From IMG/VR virus record IMGVR_UViG_3300017917_003521: 61,745 nt of DNA; one strand, 5' to 3'. This document shows, one piece after another, positions 49,829 through 58,365 of this stretch. This DNA comes from a virus (Duplodnaviria > Heunggongvirae > Uroviricota > Caudoviricetes). Within the stretch, counting starts at the first letter, position 1, and every line of letters starts with the position of its first letter. The position numbers and the translations under genes were made by a program. Under the pieces are notes generated by a model. It was not told the DNA's origin, did not search any database, and worked only from the letters and a program-made list of their open reading frames with translations.

Positions 49829-50220
49829 TGGAAGGATCTTGGAAAGATTTAATGGATTATGTCTTTGAGTTAGACGAAGAAATTGCTGTTATAATTGGTT
49901 GTTCTGATATAGCTCATAAAGAAGGTTATTCAAGTCTATATTTTAAGGACTTAACGGTTGATAGTTTTTGGAAAGTAATCGGTAGAGGTGATAATGAATC
50001 AATATTACATGATGCTCTTGAACATTGGGAGTGTGATGTTGATAGAGAAGGTGAATATGAATTCAAAGCTATTCTAAAATATTACAAAGGTGACTATTCA
50101 GTTGGCGAAAGTGGTTATTGGGAAATTACACACATTGAATATAATTTTATACAAACCTTTCTAGAAAGAGAAAGAGATTCTAAATTAGAAAAAATATTTG
50201 ACTTTAATTTATTTGAATGA
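49828..50220 (+). CDS. Hypothetical protein with C-terminal tag
   Basis: RDSKLEKIF. Confidence 0.72.
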   Translation: MEGSWKDLMDYVFELDEEIAVIIGCSDIAHKEGYSSLYFKDLTVDSFWKVIGRGDNESILHDALEHWECDVDREGEYEFKAILKYYKGDYSVGESGYWEITHIEYNFIQTFLERERDSKLEKIFDFNLFE

Positions 50221-50477
50221 GATTAAACATAGGTGATAAGATATATTGTAAGAGAATAATAGGTGGTAACGGACACGGTCTTACTTTAGATAAAGCATAT
50301 GAAGTTGTTCATACTAGACCTAGAGACAGATGGAATGGTGATGATATCTGTATATTAGATGATGCTGGTGCAAATTGGTGGTTTGGTCAAGTTGGTGAGA
50401 CGGAATGTTGGACTAACTGGTTTGTTTCAGAAAAAGAATGGTTAAGAGAAAAGAAATTAAATGAATTAGGAATATGA
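50217..50477 (+). CDS. SH3-like protein with C-terminal tag
   Basis: Ends REKKLNELGI. Confidence 0.72.
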   Translation: MRLNIGDKIYCKRIIGGNGHGLTLDKAYEVVHTRPRDRWNGDDICILDDAGANWWFGQVGETECWTNWFVSEKEWLREKKLNELGI

Positions 50478-50830
50478 AAGATACAAATGCAAAATCAGAA
50501 TTTTTAAATCATACTTCGAGTAAAGAGATTCTTTGTGCTCAATTACAAAGAGGTGATGATTGGGATGATGATAAGTCAATATTTAATCTAACTACTGGTT
50601 GGACTAAAGAAGACTTAGATTCTTTTCTTTCTGATATTGATTTTGACTATGACTCTGGTTATGGTGGTCAAAATCTATTTGGTACTATCTGGTATACCGA
50701 TGGTACTTGGTCTGAGCGTGGAGAATACGATGGTAGTGAGTGGTGGGAATATAGATTAAGACCAAACATTCCTAAAGAGTTAGATAGAGTTGATAAAGTT
50801 CGTGATAAAAAATTGAATCAAATTTTATGA
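50474..50830 (+). CDS. Phage protein (YDSGYG.Q.LFGTIW..DGTW.ER.EYDGSEWW) with C-terminal tag
   Basis: Motif in translation; ends RDKKLNQIL. Confidence 0.78.
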   Translation: MKDTNAKSEFLNHTSSKEILCAQLQRGDDWDDDKSIFNLTTGWTKEDLDSFLSDIDFDYDSGYGGQNLFGTIWYTDGTWSERGEYDGSEWWEYRLRPNIPKELDRVDKVRDKKLNQIL

Positions 50831-51099
50831 GCAAAGATAAAAAAGCACTAGTTAAAGAAACTGGTGAAATACAAGAGGTTAAAAGTGAATATAAAGTATC
50901 ATACATCACCGCAACTTTCAATTTTGATTTAAGTGATGAACAAAGTGATGAAATTAAAAAAATGACATTTGTTCATGATTCTGAACCTCAAAAAGAAGGT
51001 ACACACTATACTCTTTCAAATGGTAAAACATACCATGAAGAAGATGTTGTTGTTGGTGTGGATAATATTCGTGATGAAAAATTAAAGAAGATTATATGA
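50827..51099 (+). CDS. Hypothetical protein with C-terminal tag
   Basis: Ends RDEKLKKII. Confidence 0.72.
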   Translation: MSKDKKALVKETGEIQEVKSEYKVSYITATFNFDLSDEQSDEIKKMTFVHDSEPQKEGTHYTLSNGKTYHEEDVVVGVDNIRDEKLKKII

Positions 51100-51683
51100 G
51101 TACAAAACTATACAACGGAATTAAATTCAAATCTAATGATATTAGAGAGGTGTTAGACCAATTAATTTCTATCAAGAATAAGGCAAATGAAATAGCTCTT
51201 GATCTTTTAGATGATAGAAGTTTAGCTTTATTTATAGAGAGTAATAATCTTTTAGATAAAGACAAGTGGGAAATCTCAAGAGAAATACTTGATGCACTAG
51301 AATCATCTAACTATAATAAGTGGAAATTTAAACCAAGAATGTACTTTTCTGTTGTTATTTATCCAACAAAAGAAGGTGATATTTATGGTTATTACTTTGA
51401 CTCGGATAAAAAAGAATTTAATGATTTATTAAAACCATTTTATACAGATTTCCATTATCAAAATAACTCAGATAAACCAGATGATATTTCAGATGAAGAA
51501 TGGAAATTTCGTGAATTAAAATGGGATGAGTTATTACCTGGAGATAAGTTTGCAGATAGTGGTTTAAAATATGATATTGTAACTGGTGATACTCTAGATA
51601 TTTTTGACTTACAAGATAAGATTAAAATCATTTTAGATAAACTAAAAAGAGATAATAAAATAAACCAAGTGGTTGGAGATTAG
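51096..51683 (+). CDS. Hypothetical protein with C-terminal tag
   Basis: MSTKLYNG..FHYQNNSDKPDD..EEW..R...W; ends RDNKINQVVGD. Confidence 0.75.
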   Translation: MSTKLYNGIKFKSNDIREVLDQLISIKNKANEIALDLLDDRSLALFIESNNLLDKDKWEISREILDALESSNYNKWKFKPRMYFSVVIYPTKEGDIYGYYFDSDKKEFNDLLKPFYTDFHYQNNSDKPDDISDEEWKFRELKWDELLPGDKFADSGLKYDIVTGDTLDIFDLQDKIKIILDKLKRDNKINQVVGD

Positions 51684-51693
51684 TATAACATTT

Positions 51694-52509
51694 ATGGAAT
51701 TAAATAAAATCTATCAAGGTGATTCTCTTAACCTACTAAAGCAACTACCAGATAATTCTGTTGATTTGGTGATAACATCACCACCATATGCTGATTTAAA
51801 AGTTTATATTGATAATCCTGGTATACTAGCGGATGATTATGTTAATTGGTTTATACCTTATTGTAAAGAAATTGAACGAGTTATCAAACCAACGGGTTCA
51901 TTTATCTTAAATATTAACGATAAAGTTGAGAATGGCTTTAGACATCCTTATGTATTTGATTTAATATCACAATTACATAAACAAACAAATCTTAAAATGT
52001 TTGAAAGGTTATTCTGGAATAAGCTAAAGAGTTTACCTAATCGTGCTAGATTTGGAGATCGTGTTGAGTATCTTTTCTGGTTTGCTAAAGAAAAAGGATT
52101 TAAATTTTACCTAGATGAACTTAGAACTGAGTATTCTGAGCAATCTGTTAAAAGAATGAAGAAACCTCTAAAGAAAAGATTTGCTAGAACTGAAGGTGAT
52201 GATAATATTGATTATAAAGATTGGGCTCCAAATCCAAAAGGTGCTTTACCAACTACTTTAGTTAATATATCATCTGAGTCTAAAAGAATTGCTGATAATC
52301 ACGTTGCTGTTTTCCCAGTTGAACTTATTGAGTATTTTATTAAAGGTGCTACAGATAAAGGTGATTTAGTTCTAGATATCTTTATGGGTACGGGCACAAC
52401 TGCCGTTGCTGCTAAGAAGTTAGGTAGAAATTGGATGGGATTTGAATTACAACAAGACTATATAGATCTTGCGAATATTAGAATAGGTGATTATGTTGAG
52501 AATAACTAA
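51694..52509 (+). CDS. DNA methyltransferase, N4-C/N6-A beta class (start reassigned)
   Basis: TSPPY precedes H.AVFP..L and VLDIFMGTGTT. Confidence 0.92.
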   Translation: MELNKIYQGDSLNLLKQLPDNSVDLVITSPPYADLKVYIDNPGILADDYVNWFIPYCKEIERVIKPTGSFILNINDKVENGFRHPYVFDLISQLHKQTNLKMFERLFWNKLKSLPNRARFGDRVEYLFWFAKEKGFKFYLDELRTEYSEQSVKRMKKPLKKRFARTEGDDNIDYKDWAPNPKGALPTTLVNISSESKRIADNHVAVFPVELIEYFIKGATDKGDLVLDIFMGTGTTAVAAKKLGRNWMGFELQQDYIDLANIRIGDYVENN

Positions 52510-52792
52510 AAATACTAGTAAGGTTGTTTCCATCATAGTCAGCACTAAAGAAGAGGTACCTGATAACTATCAACCACCTCAGATAGATAGTTTTATTATT
52601 ATACCTGGTGTAACTCAATATAATCATATTTATTCTAAAGGCAATTGGATAATATTTGACAGTCATGATACTTATATAGGTGTTGAATTTTCAAGTGAAG
52701 CAGACTTAGAAAGATTTTTTATTCAATTAATGAGAGATATAAAATTAAATCAAATAACAAATGTCAGTATTGAAACGAAAGATACTAAGTAG
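52487..52792 (+). CDS. Hypothetical protein with near-C-terminal tag
   Basis: RDIKLNQI. Confidence 0.68.
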   Translation: MIMLRITKNTSKVVSIIVSTKEEVPDNYQPPQIDSFIIIPGVTQYNHIYSKGNWIIFDSHDTYIGVEFSSEADLERFFIQLMRDIKLNQITNVSIETKDTK

Positions 52793-53012
52793 AATAGGTG
52801 TTATATCTGGAATACTAGCATTTTTAATGTTGTTTGTTATACCATTTATTTTAATTAAAATTCCCGGTATAAATAATAAATTATGGGCTGGTATTTACTT
52901 CTGTATATTCTTAGTTTGTACGGCAGTTGCTAATATAAGTTTTGAGAAGTCAGGTAAGCCAGTTACTCTTGATGAAGAAAGAGAAGAAAAAATTAGGCAA
53001 ATTTTTAAGTGA
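52761..53012 (+). CDS. Two-TM membrane protein with C-terminal tag
   Basis: Two hydrophobic helices; ends REEKIRQIFK. Confidence 0.72.
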   Translation: MSVLKRKILSRIGVISGILAFLMLFVIPFILIKIPGINNKLWAGIYFCIFLVCTAVANISFEKSGKPVTLDEEREEKIRQIFK

Positions 53013-53317
53013 AAGTTTATTGTAAAAGAACCTATTTTGAAAAGAATACAAACTACTTTCCAGTAAATGGAAAAGAATATGGTCAAGATTATGCTAAGTG
53101 GGCTTGGGGTAAACTATATGAATGTAGGGAACCTGATGATTATGAAAGAGGTGGTCATACCGAAATGTTTCCAGGTATTTACTTATACATAGAATCTGAA
53201 GTTAAAAACACTTGGTGTCCAATAAAAGAAAAAGATTTTAAAAAGTATTTTGAAACTTTAGATGAACATCGTAATAATAAAATAAATCAAATATTAAATG
53301 ATAGCAGAATATCATAA
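53009..53317 (+). CDS. SH3-like protein with C-terminal tag
   Basis: F.KYF..L.EHRNNKINQIL. Confidence 0.72.
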   Translation: MKVYCKRTYFEKNTNYFPVNGKEYGQDYAKWAWGKLYECREPDDYERGGHTEMFPGIYLYIESEVKNTWCPIKEKDFKKYFETLDEHRNNKINQILNDSRIS

Positions 53318-53807
53318 TTTTTTAACACAAGATGAGTGTAGTTTATTAATAGGACTTGGTGAGTCTGGTGCTTTGAATTTTGGAAAAACTAATGGTGATA
53401 AACTAGGTTATAGAAAAGCAAAGGTTACTTGGTTTGATTTAAATAATCAATTTGTAAATAATATAAAATCAAAAATATCAGAGTTATCTGGATTACCTAT
53501 TGAGAATCAAGAAAAGTTTCACTTTGTAAAATATAATGTAAGTGGTGAATATAAGATACATCATGATGGATTAAATAGACAAAAAACAGCTGTTATTTAT
53601 CTTAATGATGGATTTCAAGGTGGTGAAACTGTATTTCCTAAAGTAGATAGAGTTGTTAAACCAGAAACAGGTAAATTAGTTATTTGGAACAACTATGATG
53701 AAGATGGTTTAAAAATAGAAGAAAGTCGACATGCTGGTCTACCAGTAGATTTTGGAACCAAATACATAGCAGTTATTTGGATAAGAAATACTAAATATGA
53801 GGAATAA
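53298..53807 (+). CDS. 2OG-Fe(II) oxygenase (prolyl-4-hydroxylase-like)
   Basis: HHD, YLND...GGET.FP, HAGLPV..G.K. Confidence 0.9.
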   Translation: MIAEYHNFLTQDECSLLIGLGESGALNFGKTNGDKLGYRKAKVTWFDLNNQFVNNIKSKISELSGLPIENQEKFHFVKYNVSGEYKIHHDGLNRQKTAVIYLNDGFQGGETVFPKVDRVVKPETGKLVIWNNYDEDGLKIEESRHAGLPVDFGTKYIAVIWIRNTKYEE

Positions 53808-54547
53808 TGAAATACTTAACAGATAGTGAAATATTAAATTGGAATAAAAGATTAGAGAAAAGTGATTACTCTGTTTATCCCGTACCTAATAGAAAGTCGG
53901 CTGAGCCTTATTTATCTTTTAGACAGAAGACCAACTCACCATTTGGTATGCCTGGTCAGCTTACAATAACAACTGAACCATCAATAAAATATAAGTTCAC
54001 GTTTTCAATTGCTAGTAATCGTGTTTCAAGTTTTAATGACCTTTTTGGGAAAATATACAAAGAACCATTTGGTAGTAAATCTATTTACTCTGATTTGAAT
54101 AACGAGAAGATTTTTGATATTAAACTAACAGAAGATATTGTCGAGAAAAAAGAAGAATCAAAACATATGGTTCTAGATAAAGAATATGTTAGATATACAT
54201 ATGACTTCTCTGGAAAACTTGGATCAATTATGGCTTACATTTCTTACTTAGAAGATGCTATTAATTTCTTTAATGAAATATGGGGTTATGGTGAAGATGG
54301 TTCAGAGATATGCTTACTTAAATATCCAATAGGAACTTGTGTTTCAACTATAGATAACAAATCAGTTGATTATTTAGTATTAGATTATAAATATTCCAAA
54401 TACAACGGTAAGTATTATATTGATTATGTTACTGCTGAAATGTTAAATACGAATAAGTCGGTTTTAACATATGGTGATATTGTTACATTTTCAGAAGATA
54501 GGCTTTGTTATAGCCGTAATTCAAGAATTGATGATATTTTAAATTAA
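53807..54547 (+). CDS. Hypothetical protein with C-terminal tag
   Basis: Ends RNSRIDDILN. Confidence 0.72.
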   Translation: MKYLTDSEILNWNKRLEKSDYSVYPVPNRKSAEPYLSFRQKTNSPFGMPGQLTITTEPSIKYKFTFSIASNRVSSFNDLFGKIYKEPFGSKSIYSDLNNEKIFDIKLTEDIVEKKEESKHMVLDKEYVRYTYDFSGKLGSIMAYISYLEDAINFFNEIWGYGEDGSEICLLKYPIGTCVSTIDNKSVDYLVLDYKYSKYNGKYYIDYVTAEMLNTNKSVLTYGDIVTFSEDRLCYSRNSRIDDILN

Positions 54548-54550
54548 AAA

Positions 54551-54581
54551 TTTGACAATTAAAAAAGTTTTACTATCTTTG
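54551..54581 (+). promoter_or_regulatory. Bacteroidota-type promoter TTTG-N19-TATCTTTG driving the tRNA
   Basis: TTTG at 54551-54554, TATCTTTG at 54574-54581. Confidence 0.8.
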
Positions 54582-54591
54582 TAAAACAATT

Positions 54592-54671
54592 GCGGGTAGA
54601 GTCTAATGCGGCGTGGAAGTCGCGGGCGCCTCTAAAACGTCTGGCACCGGGTTCAAATCCTGCTATCCGCA
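54592..54671 (+). tRNA. Atypical tRNA with anticodon CUA (amber suppressor-like)
   Basis: Acceptor GCGGGTAG/CTATCCGC, D arm GCGGC-GTGGAA-GTCGC, anticodon loop CT-CTA-AA (CTA at 54632-54634), T arm CGGG-TTCAAAT-CCTG; no encoded CCA. Confidence 0.8.
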
Positions 54672-54673
54672 CT

Positions 54674-54844
54674 ATGAAATATCTTTTTATCTTAGTTGTT
54701 ATTCTCGCTTCTTGTAAAACACAGAAAGCCGGGTGTGACGCTTATTCAAGTAATAGCAGCGACACAACTTATATTTCAACTAATCATTATCACATTGAAT
54801 CTGAACATAAATGTATTTGGATTGATACAACTGTTAGAAAATGA
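54674..54844 (+). CDS. Small lipoprotein (start reassigned, after the tRNA)
   Basis: MKYLFILVVILASC lipobox. Confidence 0.72.
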   Translation: MKYLFILVVILASCKTQKAGCDAYSSNSSDTTYISTNHYHIESEHKCIWIDTTVRK

Positions 54845-55281
54845 TTATAAAAAGAGACGATGGCTTAATGCAAGACCTTTATTGGTTCTGGTCAAAATAT
54901 TGTCATTATAAACTAATTGACGGTGTGGTTCCAGATAGACTCAGTAAGCAATTCGATATAATGTTAGGAATATTAGAAGTAAAATACTCAGATATGTCAG
55001 GAAAATGGAATGGTCAAACTAAGACCGAATTTGAAAAGAACTACAAAAGAGTTCAAGATATAGTTGATAAAAGTGCAGGTGATGAAACCAAGGCAACTAC
55101 GCTAGCATTAACACAAGCAAATCGAATTACAGATGAATTTAAAGCCATTAACAGAGCAATGGCGGCTAAGGCTATGAACCAAGAACACATCTTTGAAATC
55201 TTTTTTCAAAGAGCATATGAGTTAGGTTCTGTTAGTAAACAAGAGTATCGTGAATATAAATTAGAAAAGTTAGGTATTTAA
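54841..55281 (+). CDS. Hypothetical protein with C-terminal tag
   Basis: Ends REYKLEKLGI. Confidence 0.75.
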   Translation: MIIKRDDGLMQDLYWFWSKYCHYKLIDGVVPDRLSKQFDIMLGILEVKYSDMSGKWNGQTKTEFEKNYKRVQDIVDKSAGDETKATTLALTQANRITDEFKAINRAMAAKAMNQEHIFEIFFQRAYELGSVSKQEYREYKLEKLGI

Positions 55282-55574
55282 TGACTCAAATTATTAAGAC
55301 TAATTTTCTTTGTAAGAACGGTAGTAGAATATTGACCGGTACAACTTTAGGTGGACCTTGGACAGACAGATTCATAGAAGGTAAGTGGTATGATGGTGAG
55401 TATGAAACTTGGTCTTGGGAAGATGGATATAGAGTAAATGGTGGTTGGAGAAGATATTTTGTTGTAAACGAAAAAGGTGTGAAAGAAGAAATATCTAGAG
55501 CACATTTCAAGGTAATATTTGAAACAGACACTCAACAATTAAGAGATAGAAAAATAGAAGATTTAATAAAATAA
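55281..55574 (+). CDS. SH3-like protein with C-terminal tag
   Basis: Ends RDRKIEDLIK. Confidence 0.72.
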   Translation: MTQIIKTNFLCKNGSRILTGTTLGGPWTDRFIEGKWYDGEYETWSWEDGYRVNGGWRRYFVVNEKGVKEEISRAHFKVIFETDTQQLRDRKIEDLIK

Positions 55575-55582
55575 AAACATAA

Positions 55583-55978
55583 ATGGAGCCAATAGAAATT
55601 TCAAATCCAATAAATGTTTCAGAGTTATTCTTTGAGATATACAAAAACTTCAATGTTATTTCACAAGTTGAAAAAATGAAGCAACTAAGTAAACGTGAGT
55701 TATACTTACTCTTAACCGTTTGTCTTGATAAATTTTCAGATGAAGATCCAGTTGTTAAGTTTAACTTAATTCCTTTCCGTGATGAAATCATGGCTATCTA
55801 TGATATTCAAGATGAAAAAGATCCAACTGATGAGGTTTTGATTAAACTTATTGAAGAAACAGGAGATAAGTACATTGAAACTGATAACATTACTTACAAT
55901 GGTATTAAATTACCAGAACCTCTGACTAAAGATCAAGTTCGTGATGAAAAAATTAACATCATTAATAACAATAATTAA
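55583..55978 (+). CDS. Hypothetical protein with C-terminal tag
   Basis: RDEKINII. Confidence 0.72.
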   Translation: MEPIEISNPINVSELFFEIYKNFNVISQVEKMKQLSKRELYLLLTVCLDKFSDEDPVVKFNLIPFRDEIMAIYDIQDEKDPTDEVLIKLIEETGDKYIETDNITYNGIKLPEPLTKDQVRDEKINIINNNN

Positions 55979-56014
55979 TATTTTTTGATTATATTTGTAT
56001 CTAAATTATAAAAT

Positions 56015-57850
56015 ATGCAAGAAACTCTGAATACTGAAAATCAGGAAGTGAAAGAGCCAATCATTGGTGAATTCAAACCTAAACGTAAATTTTTAAACTT
56101 TGTCTCGGCTGTTAACGGTGCAAGAATCCGTTTCATCCGTGATGTTGCTTTTGTCAAAGGTGAGAAACTTTCAGGAACTCTTGAAGGTGTTGTTTTCAAA
56201 ATTACAATTTGTGATGAAGGAACAATTAACTTTGAAGAAGTTGATACCAATTTAACAGATGCGGCTATGCGTAAACGTCTTATTGAAGAGATTGAATCTC
56301 TTGATGTGACAGGCTATGCTCAAAAGTTTGTTGTATCTGGTATTCAGTTTGCTGATGTTAATGGTGACCTTTGTTACCTTGAAGTTGAACATCAAAAACC
56401 TATTGATAAATTGAAATCAATTTTTGATGAAGAACCTAAGGCAGAGCTTTCTGATAGAGGTTTCTCAATTCTTGATGCTCTTTTCTCTTCTGAATCAGAC
56501 GAAGAATTATCTCGTGAATTTGAAGGAGAGTCTGATGAAATTATTCTTTCTGAAAAAGACGCTGAGATTTTTGTAGATGCTATTGAAAACCCAGCAGAAC
56601 CAAATGAGAAATTAAAGAGTGCCGCTCAATCATATATGGAAGAACAATTCCGTAAAATGAATGAAGATAAAATCAATGAGTTGAAAAGACGAATTGAAGA
56701 TGGTGAAAAAGAATCTGAAAGATTGCGTAGAGAAATTTCTATGTCTGAAAGTAAGTTGAAGAAACAGTCAGAAGACTTGAAAGTTCTTGAAACTCGATTG
56801 GATAGCTTCAGTGCCAACGATGAAACCAATGGATATGTATTCTTTGTTTCAGAAGAACAAAAAGCTGAAGAGATTGGCTTGACAGAAGAGAACCGTGCTA
56901 TTGCTGACAAAATTGCTGATATTGTTGGTTTGAAAAAAGATGTTCTTTTCAAAATGTTGACCGAAGGTCACTATAAAATCCGTATCGCTGAGAAGTCAGA
57001 TATTACTGCTGAAAAAGTTAAAGTTACTAATGATATCTTAGAAAAGATGAAGTCATTGGTTAATGGTGATGAATCTTTAGATGCTAAAGTAACTATGGTT
57101 GAACCTGGTCATTTTGAGTATCGTGGTAGTATGACTTGGCATCAAATTGTCGGTAAGATGATCCGTAAAGGATTCGAACAAGAGCCAGAGTTTGATAAAC
57201 ATTGTCAATCTAACTCCTATGATTCTCACGAAGAAAAAGCAACTGAAATGGATTTAGGCAATGGTGTCGTTGTTAAATCAGATGAAGGATTTGTTAATAT
57301 GGGTAATGGTGTTTATGGTATTCCACCATCTAATCCAACTCCTAAAGAAGAAAAGTCAACTTCAACTGAGATTAAATCAATAGAAGTTAGAACTTATAAA
57401 GAAGAAACTACATTAGTAGTAATGGGTACTATTGATCACAATGACAATCGTGATGTTGAAATCACTGATGATTACACAGGATTTGGAGTTTATGTTGGCA
57501 ATAAGAGAGTAAAAGCTTCATATGAATCTGATGGTTTTATCTCAATTATGACTTTACCAGAGTTCAAGAAGTGGCAAGCCGCTTACCCAGATGCTTTGAC
57601 TGATGGTGGTGGAGTAGATTCACTTTTACTTCCTAACTTCAAAGGAACTATTGGTGTAACTGCAATGGTTGATGGTGAGTTCACTAATAAATTTGATTTG
57701 AGTGATTACATTCAACATCAAGATGGAATGGATGAAGCTGATGTTTACTTGGTACTACCAGAGGGAACTGAAGTTATGAAGATGGATGACTATCACCAAG
57801 TTCCGGTTGCTGCAATGAGAGATATTAAAATTGATAAAATAATTAAGTAA
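56015..57850 (+). CDS. Large acidic coiled-coil protein with C-terminal tag
   Basis: 611 aa; internal LSEKDAEIFVDAIENPAEPNEKLKSA; ends RDIKIDKIIK. Confidence 0.8.
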   Translation: MQETLNTENQEVKEPIIGEFKPKRKFLNFVSAVNGARIRFIRDVAFVKGEKLSGTLEGVVFKITICDEGTINFEEVDTNLTDAAMRKRLIEEIESLDVTGYAQKFVVSGIQFADVNGDLCYLEVEHQKPIDKLKSIFDEEPKAELSDRGFSILDALFSSESDEELSREFEGESDEIILSEKDAEIFVDAIENPAEPNEKLKSAAQSYMEEQFRKMNEDKINELKRRIEDGEKESERLRREISMSESKLKKQSEDLKVLETRLDSFSANDETNGYVFFVSEEQKAEEIGLTEENRAIADKIADIVGLKKDVLFKMLTEGHYKIRIAEKSDITAEKVKVTNDILEKMKSLVNGDESLDAKVTMVEPGHFEYRGSMTWHQIVGKMIRKGFEQEPEFDKHCQSNSYDSHEEKATEMDLGNGVVVKSDEGFVNMGNGVYGIPPSNPTPKEEKSTSTEIKSIEVRTYKEETTLVVMGTIDHNDNRDVEITDDYTGFGVYVGNKRVKASYESDGFISIMTLPEFKKWQAAYPDALTDGGGVDSLLLPNFKGTIGVTAMVDGEFTNKFDLSDYIQHQDGMDEADVYLVLPEGTEVMKMDDYHQVPVAAMRDIKIDKIIK

Positions 57851-58314
57851 TGATTAGAACAAAATTAAAATATAAAGCTTTTAGACTGTTAATTCGTTGG
57901 AGAAGATGGAAGCAATCATTTGGAGATAAAATGATTCCTGATACAGCTGTGACACCTTACGAAGAGAAAGCTATGAAACTTTGGAAGATTCTCATAAAAG
58001 ATGAAAATACAAAGCTCTCATATAACACTCTGGGTGTTAGACAGATTGAAAAGAGTAATATATTCATGATTCTACAACCTGGATATAATACTGATTGTAT
58101 TATGACACTTATGGATGTTACATCTGATAGAAAAAATCTATGTGAGTTAAGAATACCTTCTAAGTATGCTGAAGAAGTATCTGACTACTTTGACTATGAG
58201 TTAGAACGTAGAATGAAAAAGGCTGAAAATAATAAAAGAAGTATTATTGAGACTGATATCGATAGACTTCTAGAACAAGAAGAAAAAAGAATTGCTGAGA
58301 AATTCAAAAAATAA
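57850..58314 (+). CDS. Hypothetical protein
   Basis: ORF track. Confidence 0.72.
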   Translation: MIRTKLKYKAFRLLIRWRRWKQSFGDKMIPDTAVTPYEEKAMKLWKILIKDENTKLSYNTLGVRQIEKSNIFMILQPGYNTDCIMTLMDVTSDRKNLCELRIPSKYAEEVSDYFDYELERRMKKAENNKRSIIETDIDRLLEQEEKRIAEKFKK

Positions 58315-58365
58315 TTTGAGAAATATAGAATTTTTTGTATCTTTGTATAAAATAAATAGAATAAG

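Noticed and set aside
26482-52792. Amber readthrough creating gene fusions at TAG-terminated genes
   Set aside because: Reading past the TAGs at 26482, 27466, 51683 and 52792 reaches a TAA within about 2-22 codons and does not join the next gene's frame.
54590-54673. N-terminal part of ORF 54590-54844
   Set aside because: It overlaps the tRNA; the real gene most likely starts at ATG 54674 with a lipoprotein signal.
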